In this document: piece after piece, positions 63,326 to 64,000 of the stretch
How the letters are laid out: each line of letters starts with the position of its first letter
How positions within the stretch are numbered: the first letter of the stretch is position 1
Origin: a virus
Length of the DNA: 64,000 nt
IMG/VR virus record: IMGVR_UViG_3300008255_000111
Coordinates: 40,953 to 104,952 of that record
Strand: one strand, 5' to 3'
Program-made: the position numbers and the translations under genes
Notes under the pieces: model-generated
Seen by the model: the letters and a program-made list of their open reading frames with translations, nothing else
Told to the model about the DNA's origin: nothing
Database searches by the model: none

Positions 63326-64000
63326 TTAACCTGTGATGATCCAGCCAGCGCCTGCCATTTGCTTGATCTCCTCGTCGAGCTGGCGCTTCATCTCAACGGC
63401 CTCAGCCGTCAAAGAATCGCCGTCTAGGCTCCTCTCACCCTGCGCAGTGGCGTAGCCCGAGAACTTGCGACGGATCACACCGAGCGCCTGCTTGCACTCC
63501 GCCAGGGTATACTCCATCAGGTAGTATTCTTCTGTCGGATTCATGTTGTCGGTGTTGACCCTTGACGAGCTGTAATCCACGAACACTTTGAGCGAGCGAT
63601 CGGGTACTGGAAAGATCCACAGCTCACGATCGTCTTCTCTCCACTCCCAGCTTGGGTCGCCATTGAGCACGCGGCGGCCCATGTCGGCATACTGGAGCGA
63701 CTGCACAAGGCTTGAGTATGTGCCCTGGGCGCCACCTTTACCATAGAGATCAGCAGCGGGGATGTTGGAGAGGCCAAGCTGAGTAAAGCCCCAGATCCCA
63801 AAGGCCCCAAGCGCTTCGGTCGTTTGCGTGCGTTGCCCTTCAAAGTAGACATTGGTGACGTAGAAGCAGTCATCAGGCATCACATAGATGCCCTGGCTTG
63901 GCAAAAGGTTAAAAGACGTGCGGCGCTTCTGGCCCTTGCGCATCGCATACCACGTCTTTGCTTTCCTCAGCGCAATATCAAAGGTATGCGCGGGCAGGCC
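63326..64000 (-). CDS. neck protein (gp13-like), 5'-truncated by the window edge
   Basis: Frame is open to 64000; EYTLAECKQALGVIRRKF.G......SLDGDSL..EA is typical of gp13-like adaptors. Confidence 0.75.
   Translation of the reverse strand, partial: GLPAHTFDIALRKAKTWYAMRKGQKRRTSFNLLPSQGIYVMPDDCFYVTNVYFEGQRTQTTEALGAFGIWGFTQLGLSNIPAADLYGKGGAQGTYSSLVQSLQYADMGRRVLNGDPSWEWREDDRELWIFPVPDRSLKVFVDYSSSRVNTDNMNPTEEYYLMEYTLAECKQALGVIRRKFSGYATAQGERSLDGDSLTAEAVEMKRQLDEEIKQMAGAGWIITG

Noticed and set aside
333-63427. All plus-strand ORFs in the track (e.g. 406..1152, 12170..13066, 24192..24980, 55222..55938)
   Set aside because: They lie antisense to well-supported, tightly packed minus-strand genes and have no recognisable motifs. 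They are shadow ORFs of GC-rich coding sequence.
34017-64000. Bacterial eCIS/tailocin locus rather than a phage
   Set aside because: Neck proteins, a long tape measure, Dda, intein-bearing NrdJ and dozens of co-oriented orphans indicate a phage genome. No host housekeeping context is present.
1-64000. tRNA/rRNA genes and stop-codon reassignment
   Set aside because: No cloverleaf or rRNA-like segment was noticed by eye (tRNAscan not run). Genes are full-length under the standard code and use all three stop codons.

Overview
This window is a 64-kb segment of a large contractile-tailed (myovirus-like) phage genome, and every credible gene lies on the minus strand. In transcription order, from the right end to the left, it has four parts. 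(1) A neck/tail/baseplate module: gp13- and gp14-like neck proteins, a 2H phosphoesterase, tail terminator, sheath, two tube paralogues, a chaperone with a probable -1 frameshift, tape measure, LysM-like protein, hub, spike, gp25, wedge proteins and a fibre. (2) A class II ribonucleotide reductase with two LAGLIDADG inteins. (3) Dps-like and ChaB-like genes. (4) About 27 kb of accessory genes: a Dda-like helicase, peptide deformylase, MTase-like genes, a PAPS-reductase-like gene, DUF262, DUF4942, a MazG-like gene, a DUF4326-SLOG fusion and many orphans. The main unexplained signal is a perfect 16-bp palindrome, CTGCAATCGATTGCAG, with 14 exact and 2 single-mismatch copies spaced about 1-8 kb apart. 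Thirteen copies sit just upstream of start codons and three are embedded in-frame (LQSIA) in large genes. Several have flanks that differ in sequence but stay self-complementary, which suggests a genome-wide hairpin/cruciform or protein-binding system. Family assignments come from motif recognition by eye, not database searches. No tRNA, rRNA or CRISPR array was seen.
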